A DNA stretch of 24,691 bases, taken from the IMG/VR virus record IMGVR_UViG_3300024520_000477, positions 1 through 24,691 of that record; one strand, 5' to 3'. Every line of letters starts with the position of its first letter. Positions within the stretch are counted from its first letter, which is position 1. Shown one piece after another: positions 8,937 through 16,726 of the stretch. The DNA is from a virus. Its lineage: Duplodnaviria; Caudoviricetes. Both the position numbers and the translations under genes were made by a program. Under the pieces are notes generated by a model. The model ran no database searches. It worked only from the letters and a program-made list of their open reading frames with translations, and was not told the origin of the DNA.

Positions 8937-9268
8937 TGCACAACCAATTTCAGGACCCGTTCCGCATCCTGAGTCACGACTGCGGCTGACGTGCCCGAGC
9001 GCAGTTTGATGTACTGCAAGCCGCAGATCGCGAGCCCCGCCAGGTCGATGATGACCATCTTCGACGCGGCTACGCTAATCGTGTACTCGGTGCCGTCATC
9101 GCGTAGCACCGGCAGCTTGGTGCCGCCGCGTGTGGACGACGCCATGAAGCTGATGTCGGCAGCAGTCCATGCAGTCGACATCTCGAGCGCGAACAACGTA
9201 CCCTCTGATAATGTCAGTTCGTTCGACTGCGAAGCCGAGCTTCCGATTGTTGCGGTGTGCAGTGCCAT
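8933..9268 (-). CDS. Small all-beta virion protein (decoration or spike-base-like)
   Basis: TATI...AWTAADISF...IKLRSGTS pattern recalled from small phage structural proteins; coupled to the fibre gene (TAATG). Confidence 0.5.
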   Translation of the reverse strand: MALHTATIGSSASQSNELTLSEGTLFALEMSTAWTAADISFMASSTRGGTKLPVLRDDGTEYTISVAASKMVIIDLAGLAICGLQYIKLRSGTSAAVVTQDAERVLKLVVQ

Positions 9269-10551
9269 TATAGTGCCCTCATTTGAGCCATTGTTTTTGT
9301 GCCGCGGGATGCTTTGACGACCAACCAGTTAAGGCCAGTCGGCGCGTTGCCGTCGCCACCCGCGCCGATGTAGAAGCGCGTCCCGGCCCACGCTGCCGGT
9401 AGAGCCCCGCCAGCCGCCGCGGCGGACGACGCCTCAGATCCGGCGTTGATGGACTGGTGGCACTGAATGACGCCTGCTGCGGACAGGGTGGCGCGAAACT
9501 CGAAATCATCCCCTGTGGATAGCGCCGCCAAGGTCGCCGCCGTCTCCGCTGAAGTGACCCCATCTTGATACAACACGCGCATGATGTGCGAGTTGTTGAT
9601 GTACAATTGCAGCAACGGTTTGTCGGTATTTCCGTGTCCAATCTGGAATAGCTTGTTGTTGTTGTCGCCGCCATTGTACCCCACCACATGACCATACACC
9701 GTCATCTCCTGCGGCGGGAACGGCCAGTCGAAGTACATCGCGTCTGCGTTGCGCGTGACCGTGCTGGCTACTGTCTGGATGTAGGAAGACGCGAATGGCT
9801 GGTCAGTCTCGAACTGGATGCCCCACACATAGAGCCCGCTCGAGCCGTCACCGTTGTAGGCAATGACGCCATCACCTGTACTCAACTCGATGCGTATATC
9901 TGGCGAGGCGACGCCGTTCCCGAAGTCCGCCGCCACAGCGATGCGATACCACCCATTCCCGACAGACTCAATGCTCGCGGTGTGGGCCGCGTGCTTTGTG
10001 CCCAGAACCCCATTCGACAAATCAAACCACGTGTCCCTGGTGGTGCTCGACTTGTCCAACGTGCGAATCGCCAGCCACGTGCGCTCCCCCGCCTTCGCGA
10101 AGAGAGAGACGGTCGAAACCGTGTCATCCGTCAGCGTAGGCGTCCCCCGCCACAACCGATGATCGTCGGCGGCTGTGCTGTCCTCCACGATTTTATCAGC
10201 GGTGGACGCACCATCTGGCGCGGCTATGGCGTTTGTGGTGATGCTGCTCCGCGTCTTGCTCCATCCTCCGTTATCCAACTGCTCCGAGTACGTGAACCCA
10301 TTGGTTCGCGCACCCTCGAGTAGCAGCGTGGGCGTGTCCCTGGTCCCATCAGAATCCGTGTCGACCCATTCGACGCGGGGCACATTTGAGCCGGCAGATT
10401 TTAGCACGCCATCCCTCTCGATCAGTGACCCATCTGAGGATCGTGTATGTGTCTCGGCGTTGTCTTCCCACGTCGCCGTTCGACGTGATAGAGTGCCGTG
10501 TCGTGTAAGGCTTTCGCCGCCGAAGAATCCAAGGTCCGCTGCATCAGCCAT
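9268..10551 (-). CDS. Fibre or spike protein with carbohydrate-binding/lectin-like domains
   Basis: LLLEGARTN...APDG...GDGSSGLYVWGIQFE...SSYIQT...VTRNAD pattern recalled from phage head-spike/fibre proteins; C-terminal region resembles a ConA/LamG fold. Confidence 0.7.
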   Translation of the reverse strand: MADAADLGFFGGESLTRHGTLSRRTATWEDNAETHTRSSDGSLIERDGVLKSAGSNVPRVEWVDTDSDGTRDTPTLLLEGARTNGFTYSEQLDNGGWSKTRSSITTNAIAAPDGASTADKIVEDSTAADDHRLWRGTPTLTDDTVSTVSLFAKAGERTWLAIRTLDKSSTTRDTWFDLSNGVLGTKHAAHTASIESVGNGWYRIAVAADFGNGVASPDIRIELSTGDGVIAYNGDGSSGLYVWGIQFETDQPFASSYIQTVASTVTRNADAMYFDWPFPPQEMTVYGHVVGYNGGDNNNKLFQIGHGNTDKPLLQLYINNSHIMRVLYQDGVTSAETAATLAALSTGDDFEFRATLSAAGVIQCHQSINAGSEASSAAAAGGALPAAWAGTRFYIGAGGDGNAPTGLNWLVVKASRGTKTMAQMRAL

Positions 10552-10552
10552 G

Positions 10553-11392
10553 TCAATTCGGTGCGGGTTCGTGTTCGACCAGTGCCATGCTCACCGTGCG
10601 GTCAGTCCACGCATTGTCGTACGGCGCACCGAACACGCCAGGTGGAGACATCGCCAGCCATGCACGCTCGGCCATATCAGTGTCGGGTACGTACCACATC
10701 GCGAACCCGCGCCAGAACAGCGAGTGGATGTGATAGCGTGCGTCACTGTACTCCTGCTCGCCTGACAGCCTGACGGTGACCGTCGCGTTGCGCCTCTGCG
10801 CTTTACGTGTCGACGCGGCCCACAGCGACGGACTCAGCACCTCGTCATAGACCAACTCGCGCGCCTCATCGTCCCACGGACGCACCGGATTGATGTCCGG
10901 CGTCCACGACTTGCCTAGCCATAGCCCGACGATCTGCGGCTTGTAGCCCGAACCACCCGCGTCTATCACCAGCCGCCAGTACTGGCCCACGTGCCCGTTG
11001 AATGCGATGACCACCGCGCCTTCCTCGGTACGCACCGGATGACTCGCGTCGAGCTTGTTGCCGTAGAACGTGTTGGTCGGGACGGTCACCGCGAACACTT
11101 CCGTGTACGTCGTGAACGCTGACTGGTCCGACTTCCGCAGCCGGATCGTCTTGCCCGCCAGGTTGTGGTTACGGTCGAGGACCAGCGTGTCAGCATACCT
11201 CGGGCGGTCGCACGCTACATTGACATACGTCTCGCTGTTCGCTGTCGTAGGCGTCCAGTGGTCGCGTGCCTGACGCCTGGCCGAGCCGACGCGCACGGCT
11301 TCCTTGCCGCTCGTCGCCTCTTCCGCAGTCACCGTGTGACCAGTGAACAGCGTGACATCGAAGAACGATTCCGCCAGGAAGCGCGCACTCAT
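10553..11392 (-). CDS. Distal tail (Dit-like) or minor tail protein
   Basis: Directly downstream of the tape measure with ATGA overlap; beta-rich; called mainly by position. Confidence 0.6.
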   Translation of the reverse strand: MSARFLAESFFDVTLFTGHTVTAEEATSGKEAVRVGSARRQARDHWTPTTANSETYVNVACDRPRYADTLVLDRNHNLAGKTIRLRKSDQSAFTTYTEVFAVTVPTNTFYGNKLDASHPVRTEEGAVVIAFNGHVGQYWRLVIDAGGSGYKPQIVGLWLGKSWTPDINPVRPWDDEARELVYDEVLSPSLWAASTRKAQRRNATVTVRLSGEQEYSDARYHIHSLFWRGFAMWYVPDTDMAERAWLAMSPPGVFGAPYDNAWTDRTVSMALVEHEPAPN

Positions 11393-13080
11393 CCGACCAC
11401 CGCCATCGGCACGGGCACGCGCAGGACTTGGCCGAGCTTCTGCTTGCGGTTCTGTCGTACCGTGATGGCGTCAGCCAGCTTCTCACCAGATTGCCCGACG
11501 AACGTGATATTGAACACGTTGTCGCCGCCCACCATAGATGCGGTGTCGGCGCGTGACGTGACGTTGGCCGGACCCTGCACCAACTCGGGGCCACGCTCGC
11601 CAACAATGCCAATCTGACCGGCACCGATAGTGCCACCGCCATCGAAGAACCCGAACGACTTGCCGATGCCGCCCACGAAGCTCGAGCCCGGGAACATCGC
11701 CTGCAAGCCCTTGAAGATGGCGAACTTTACAGCCAGCTTCGCGAGCTGCTTGCTCATGTCCTTCACCATGTCACGAATCGCGAGCTTGCTCGTGAACGCA
11801 GCGTCGACAAACGAGTTCGCCATGGCGGCACCGAACTGCCGCAAGTCCTCCGTGAATCCCTTGGTGGCTTCGGCACCCATCTCCGCTGAGTGCTTCAAGT
11901 CATTGAAGACGTGTATAGGCATGTCCCTCAGACTTTGGCCGACACCATCGAGCAATAGCCCGAGTTGCGTGAATGTCTGATTGCCCTGCTGGAACCCGAG
12001 CGTGGCAGCACTCGCCTCATCCAGCGCGTCAGTAAGCGATGCGCCACCACTGCCGGCGATGACTTCGGCCATGCGCGTCACGTCACGCCCCGCATCACTC
12101 GTCGCGCCAGCGAGCCCCACGATTGCCAGTTTCGTCTCTTCCGCCGCGGTGCGCATCAGTCGAAGGTTTCGCATTGCCGCGAATTGGGCGTCTTTGTCCC
12201 AGAACTTGATCGCAGCCGCGAGTACACGCACCTGGGCAGCGAACACCGCGGACTCGGCGCCCATAATTTGCAGGCCCTTGATGAACGCACCGAACTTCTC
12301 GATGCCCACACTCATCACGGGTAGCAACGCCGCAGAGATGTCTTCCTTGATGTTCTGAATCTCAGCGCCTAACTGCCGCGCTTGGTTCGCGGCGCTGTCC
12401 TGTGTCCTCGCGAGGTCGCCAATGGCGAAGCCGGCGCGCTCGCTGATGAGTTGCAGCGAGGCCGTTGCTTTCTCTTGGTCGGTCAGGCTTTTCGCTGCGG
12501 TCTTGCCGGTGTTCGCCAACGCTCGAGTCTGCACATCAGATTCACGCAGCACGATGCCGAGCCGCTTGAGCTGTTCCCTCTCCCCGGTCAATGCCGCCTG
12601 AATCGCCAGGCTCGTTTCTTGGATCGGGATGTTGTTGAAGCTGGACAGGTCGCCTGCGAGCTGCACCACCTGCGTCGAGAATTGTGCGGAGGCGTCCTGC
12701 GCGAAGCCCATACCCTGCACTATCGAGCCAGTGGTGGCAGCGATGGCTTGCGCTTGCTCTTTCGACAGCCCCGCGAGCGTGCCGAACTTGTCGATGAAGC
12801 CCTGTACCTCGTTGGTGCTCTGGCCGAAGACGGTCGCGAACTTGCTGCCCGTCTCTTCGACCGTCGAGCCGAGTTCAAAGGTCTTTTTCGCGAGGAAGCC
12901 CGCACCCGCGGCGCCGGCCAGCGCACGCCATGAGTTCTGCAAGTCGAACGACTTCTGGCGTAGACCCGCCATGGTCTTCGTAGATTTGCGTATGCCCGTT
13001 TGCAGCGTCGACATGCCGCGCAGCGCATCTTTGACATCGGCGCCGACACGTATGAAGAGGTTGGCGAGCGGACTAGCCAC
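11389..13080 (-). CDS. Tape measure protein
   Basis: Starts LANLFIRVGAD; Ala/Gly-rich helical body; C-terminal FDGGG...GIVGERGPELV motif. Confidence 0.92.
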   Translation of the reverse strand: MASPLANLFIRVGADVKDALRGMSTLQTGIRKSTKTMAGLRQKSFDLQNSWRALAGAAGAGFLAKKTFELGSTVEETGSKFATVFGQSTNEVQGFIDKFGTLAGLSKEQAQAIAATTGSIVQGMGFAQDASAQFSTQVVQLAGDLSSFNNIPIQETSLAIQAALTGEREQLKRLGIVLRESDVQTRALANTGKTAAKSLTDQEKATASLQLISERAGFAIGDLARTQDSAANQARQLGAEIQNIKEDISAALLPVMSVGIEKFGAFIKGLQIMGAESAVFAAQVRVLAAAIKFWDKDAQFAAMRNLRLMRTAAEETKLAIVGLAGATSDAGRDVTRMAEVIAGSGGASLTDALDEASAATLGFQQGNQTFTQLGLLLDGVGQSLRDMPIHVFNDLKHSAEMGAEATKGFTEDLRQFGAAMANSFVDAAFTSKLAIRDMVKDMSKQLAKLAVKFAIFKGLQAMFPGSSFVGGIGKSFGFFDGGGTIGAGQIGIVGERGPELVQGPANVTSRADTASMVGGDNVFNITFVGQSGEKLADAITVRQNRKQKLGQVLRVPVPMAVVG

Positions 13081-13456
13081 GGAGCACGCCCCTGCGCAGT
13101 TCGTTGCTCACCACCCTCACTGCCATGTCCCCGTCTTCATCGAACGTCGGGCGCATGAACGGCTGCGGTGCCATGTCGAACGTGCCCAACTCTTGGAACA
13201 TGCCGTGGAATCCCAACTTATCCGGCCCGACATCGAACAGCGCGCGTTCGCTCGTCACCTTGCCCGGGTGCTTGATGATGCTCATCTCGAGGTCACCATG
13301 CCGCCGAGGAGCTCTGGTTTCCATCCCATGCACTAGCACGTCAGCGCCAGCGGCCACGGCAGCTTCTAGGGCACGACCCTGTACGGCCTCAGAGACACGC
13401 CGCACCGCGCGCTCCAATTCATCCACACCCTCGAGTCGCACAGTCTGCCTAGCCAC
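13073..13456 (-). CDS. HK97 gp10-family tail component
   Basis: LEGVDELER, APRRHGDL, FQELGTFDMAPQPFMRPTFD. Confidence 0.9.
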   Translation of the reverse strand: MARQTVRLEGVDELERAVRRVSEAVQGRALEAAVAAGADVLVHGMETRAPRRHGDLEMSIIKHPGKVTSERALFDVGPDKLGFHGMFQELGTFDMAPQPFMRPTFDEDGDMAVRVVSNELRRGVLRG

Positions 13457-13921
13457 GCCGCCTCGCTTCCGTGATGTCTACCAGATGTTGCATGTGTCTC
13501 GCTTCCGCCTGTTCTCGCTCTAACGCTATCCAGTCGGCCAACTCAGTCGCCGGCATCCGCTCCACTTCCCACGCAAACTTCCCCAGCTTCTCCGCGACGT
13601 GGAGCACCCAACGCCGCGGAGCCGTCAGTTTCCCTCAGACGCCCCCAGCCCATTCAACCGCAGCACCATCTGCAAAACGCGGTTGACTGCGACGGCGCTC
13701 TTTTTTTCCAGCCGCTCGATGTCGGCGGGCTTGAACAACGCCTGCCCGTCACCGTCCACGACCGACGCCACGAGTAAGTCCATCCCGTTCGCGTCCTCGA
13801 ACTCGAGGGCTTCGCCTGCCGTGAATCGCCGTAGGAACACCTCGCCGCCCCACTCTATGACTTCCAACGCGACCGGCTCGAGGTCCGGCGCACCCAGGAT
13901 GTCGTCTCTACTCAGTGCCAC
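13449..13921 (-). CDS. Tail assembly chaperone, frameshifted long form (gpGT-like)
   Basis: The -1 frame after G GGA AAC reads LTAPRRWVLHVAEKLGKFAWEVERMPATELADWIALEREQ... to a TAG at 13449-13451. Confidence 0.8.
13625..13921 (-). CDS. Tail assembly chaperone (gpG-like)
   Basis: LSRDDIL...IEWGGEVFLR...SVVDGDGQALF; follows the tail tube gene; ends EGN on a slippery site. Confidence 0.88.
   Translation of the reverse strand: MALSRDDILGAPDLEPVALEVIEWGGEVFLRRFTAGEALEFEDANGMDLLVASVVDGDGQALFKPADIERLEKKSAVAVNRVLQMVLRLNGLGASEGN
13628..13634 (-). other. Programmed -1 ribosomal frameshift heptamer GGGAAAC
   Basis: X XXY YYZ heptamer immediately before the chaperone stop, with an open -1 frame. Confidence 0.85.
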
Positions 13922-13943
13922 ATTGCCCCCTCACGCATATGCG

Positions 13944-14333
13944 TTAGCTCGAAGTCGAAGAGGTCAGCGCGCCCGCGCTCACCAGTCCAACGGTCACCAC
14001 CAGATTGTCACCGACCGCGCCGCCCGTCTCATACGACTCCACGAGGCACGAGCCGGTGTAATGCTTGTTTGCCGCACCAGCCGCCGCGGTCGTCGGGCGC
14101 ATCGCGAACGCGACCGTGGTGCCGACTAGCGCGAAGTATGGGTCGGCAGTGTCGTAGTTGAGTTCCAGGGTTGCGGACCAGTTCTTGATGCCGCCCGCAT
14201 TGATTTGTGTGCCGTCCCCGAACGCGGTCACGTCCACGGCATTCGAGCCGTAGCTAACGGTGCAGCTCCGCACGCCAGTGCGCTCCGAGCCCAGCGAAAC
14301 GAACGGGGTCAGGTATGGGCCAAGAATTGCCAT
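13944..14333 (-). CDS. Major tail tube protein
   Basis: VDVTAFGD...GGIKNWSATLELNYD...YTGSCLVESYE; between the terminator and chaperone genes. Confidence 0.8.
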   Translation of the reverse strand: MAILGPYLTPFVSLGSERTGVRSCTVSYGSNAVDVTAFGDGTQINAGGIKNWSATLELNYDTADPYFALVGTTVAFAMRPTTAAAGAANKHYTGSCLVESYETGGAVGDNLVVTVGLVSAGALTSSTSS

Positions 14334-14345
14334 GTGTTTGTTCCT

Positions 14346-14837
14346 CTATTTGTCGTTGTACGTCGCGGATGTACTGCGGGTGAACGTCGCCAGATTCGCA
14401 TTGAATGCAGCGTGGAACAGCAGCGGGCTGTACTCAGTTACGAACACTTGAAAGTCAAGCCTCCACCTGTGGCGCTTACTCTTCGCATCGAATGTGTACT
14501 GGTCATCTATTAGATGGCAGTCAGACACCAGCACGCCAGCCGGCGTGTCCTGCCAGCGGTTGAGTAGCCGCACGACATGCGCGCGGATTTCCCTGGCGCC
14601 GTCGTATCCTGACTCCCCGACTTCGGTGTCCTTGTCGATGATGTCGACCTGAAAACGAGGCTGCTCGGGTCCGGCATCAGCGCCGAACGAGAGCGTGCGC
14701 GCCCGCGAGATCGGCACGAACGAGATCGCCGGGTACGTCTCGCCCATCGGCACACGGCTAGGGTAGATGCGATCACCCACCAGCGCGGTCAGCGCCACGT
14801 CATCGTTCAGCCTGTCAAACAGCGCGGCGTCGGTCAT
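14346..14837 (-). CDS. Tail terminator/completion protein (DUF3168-like) with a C-terminal extension
   Basis: LTALVGDRIYP...YPAISF...RFQVDI. Confidence 0.85.
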   Translation of the reverse strand: MTDAALFDRLNDDVALTALVGDRIYPSRVPMGETYPAISFVPISRARTLSFGADAGPEQPRFQVDIIDKDTEVGESGYDGAREIRAHVVRLLNRWQDTPAGVLVSDCHLIDDQYTFDAKSKRHRWRLDFQVFVTEYSPLLFHAAFNANLATFTRSTSATYNDK

Positions 14838-15175
14838 GTCGTCCTCTTGACTGCCACGAGGTCGAGCATCTTGCCGAGCCCGTCCACGTCAACCACGGCC
14901 TGGATGTCCCACAGGTCCGCGGTGCTCGGGAACGCCACACGGTGCTCGGTGGACACGTCGGAGCGGTAGCGGATTCTGAACACCGACCGAAGTACCGTGG
15001 CTTCCGCGCCACCCTGCACGAACTCGCTGCCGCCGCCGCTCGTCACCTGGGCGCGTACCGTCGCGAGGGTCGCCCACGTACGGATTGGTGCGCCCGTAGG
15101 GGAACGAGAGTAGCCGGTGCTCGTCTGGAGCGTGACAAGCTCGCGGAGTGCGCCGGCCTGTACCCTGACGCTCAT
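14834..15175 (-). CDS. Head closure protein (SPP1 gp16-like head-tail adaptor)
   Basis: AGALRELVTLQ...WATLATVRA...FRIRYRSDV. Confidence 0.9.
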   Translation of the reverse strand: MSVRVQAGALRELVTLQTSTGYSRSPTGAPIRTWATLATVRAQVTSGGGSEFVQGGAEATVLRSVFRIRYRSDVSTEHRVAFPSTADLWDIQAVVDVDGLGKMLDLVAVKRTT

Positions 15176-15759
15176 GGCACATGCGGGATGCGGTTGGCCC
15201 AGAGCAATGTTTTGACCGTCTGCTCGACCTCTTGGGAGATGGTGCCGACCACCACGCTCTCACGGTTCTCGAACCAGTGCCCGCCCAGGAAGCGCACCGC
15301 GTGCCGAATGCTCGCCGGCACGTTGGTCGAGCCGAGATAGCCAGAAACGAAGTCGCAACGCACCGCGTTCACGCTTTCCAGCGCGGAGGTCGGCCAGGCG
15401 ACACCCGACTTGAGCACGACCCGCCCGGGCTCGCTCTCCGCGTCCACGATGTAGTTGGTCGATGCCACACTGGTGTACGTCGAGCCGCCTTCCGCCCTGT
15501 AGCTGACCGTGAGCGTGTACGTGCTGCCAGTCAGTTGGCGTGGCAACTCGAGCGGCCCAGCCGGCCATGTGTCGCTGCTGAAGCGCAGCGTTGAATGCAG
15601 CAGGGTCCGGCCCAGAATCTTCTCCACGAGATCCGCCGCCGCGGCTGACATCACAGCCAGCTCGGTGTCGTCGGACGTTGAGCCCCGTACGTGTGCGCGT
15701 AGATCAGTCGTCGGCACGACAGCCGAATAGGTCGTGGCGGTCAGGACGCTTATGGGCAT
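15172..15759 (-). CDS. Head-tail connector protein (HK97 gp6-like, long form)
   Basis: LRAHVR...VPASIRHAVRFLGGHWFENRESV. Confidence 0.9.
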   Translation of the reverse strand: MPISVLTATTYSAVVPTTDLRAHVRGSTSDDTELAVMSAAAADLVEKILGRTLLHSTLRFSSDTWPAGPLELPRQLTGSTYTLTVSYRAEGGSTYTSVASTNYIVDAESEPGRVVLKSGVAWPTSALESVNAVRCDFVSGYLGSTNVPASIRHAVRFLGGHWFENRESVVVGTISQEVEQTVKTLLWANRIPHVP

Positions 15760-15760
15760 G

Positions 15761-16540
15761 TCAGACCTCCGTCCCAGGCCAGTTGTTGAGTTGCCAGTCC
15801 ATTATCTCGAGGGCGCCGGTACAGCCAGCGATGATCTGCTGCGCACTTGCTAGTTGTTCCTCGGCTTTCGCCTTGAGATCCTTGACCTCGGTCTGCTTTT
15901 GCCGCGCCTTGAAGAACATGGCGTTGAACTCGAATGCATAAAGCTCGCGCGCCTTCAGCAAACTCGACCGCTGCGGGACATAGAGAGCCATAGACGGGTG
16001 GAAGTCGATTGCGCCGCAGAAGTACTCGAGGCTGGGACGCTGCAACCCATACTCGTTGTTGCCTGACTCGCTCAACTCCATGTCGATGCCCCAAAGCCCG
16101 ACCGTTGTGCTCTGCAACTCGAGCGCGTCGTGCTCCATGATCGCCAACGCCATCAGATAGCTGACCGTGTTCGTGAAGTATCTGCGCTTGAACAGCCGCG
16201 TGATGAGGTCTATCGGATACACGTGCCCATTCTGGCAACGCGAGACGTACGCTTCCTGCACATACACGGGCACGTCGGTCGTTTCGAGCCAGGACGTGTA
16301 GACCTCGCGCGCCCTCGCTGATGCCGTTTCTTCGCCCACTGTCCACGTCTTGCACACGTTCTCCCAATGATGCAGCTCGAACCACCGACTGATCCGCGGC
16401 ACTCGATCATACAACCGGGACAACCCCCAGATCTCCCAGGACTCGTCAGCGAATGGCGCTTCCTCGAAGCCTGGAGCCGTCCCGATAATCGCTATCTTGC
16501 GCTGCGTTGCTCGTAGCTCGTCGTTGTGACCCTCGCCCAC
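15761..16540 (-). CDS. Putative sialyltransferase-fold protein (GT29/GT42/Maf-like) with a C-terminal coiled coil
   Basis: KIAIIGTAPG...WEIWGLS...FTNTVSYLMALAI...VGLWGIDM...EY matches the motif order of CMP-nonulosonate transferases; start uncertain (in-frame GTG at 16540 or 16654). Confidence 0.6.
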   Translation of the reverse strand: MGEGHNDELRATQRKIAIIGTAPGFEEAPFADESWEIWGLSRLYDRVPRISRWFELHHWENVCKTWTVGEETASARAREVYTSWLETTDVPVYVQEAYVSRCQNGHVYPIDLITRLFKRRYFTNTVSYLMALAIMEHDALELQSTTVGLWGIDMELSESGNNEYGLQRPSLEYFCGAIDFHPSMALYVPQRSSLLKARELYAFEFNAMFFKARQKQTEVKDLKAKAEEQLASAQQIIAGCTGALEIMDWQLNNWPGTEV

Positions 16541-16650
16541 CCCGCCTTCACCGCTCGCAGCGCCGCTGGCTCGCTCAGTCGCACCGTGTCGCCCACCCTC
16601 ATCTTCCCGCGGGCTGATGTCACCAACAACACCACCGTCGTCGTGTTCAC
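16492..16650 (-). CDS. 52-aa small post-capsid protein
   Basis: Manual translation MNTTTVVLLVTSARGKMRVGDTVRLSEPAALRAVKAGWARVTTTSYEQRSAR; GDxVxL...A...AG.A pattern recalled from small genes after HK97-type capsids. Confidence 0.55.
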   Translation of the reverse strand: MNTTTVVLLVTSARGKMRVGDTVRLSEPAALRAVKAGWARVTTTSYEQRSAR

Positions 16651-16684
16651 TCACTTCGCCCCCTTGCCTCCTACATGAAGGGTC

Positions 16685-16710
16685 GGGGGCCAGCCCGCAG
16701 GCTGACCCCC
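16685..16710 (-). terminator. GC-rich stem-loop after the capsid gene (terminator or mRNA-stabilising hairpin)
   Basis: GGGGGTCAGCC-TGCG-GGCTGGCCCCC shortly after a double TAG stop; weak U-tract, so read-through is plausible. Confidence 0.55.
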
Positions 16711-16726
16711 TCACCATTGACCGCTA

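Noticed and set aside
16655-16717. ATG 16717 start for the transferase-like ORF
   Set aside because: Would translate through the post-capsid hairpin and lies upstream of the AGGAGG RBS
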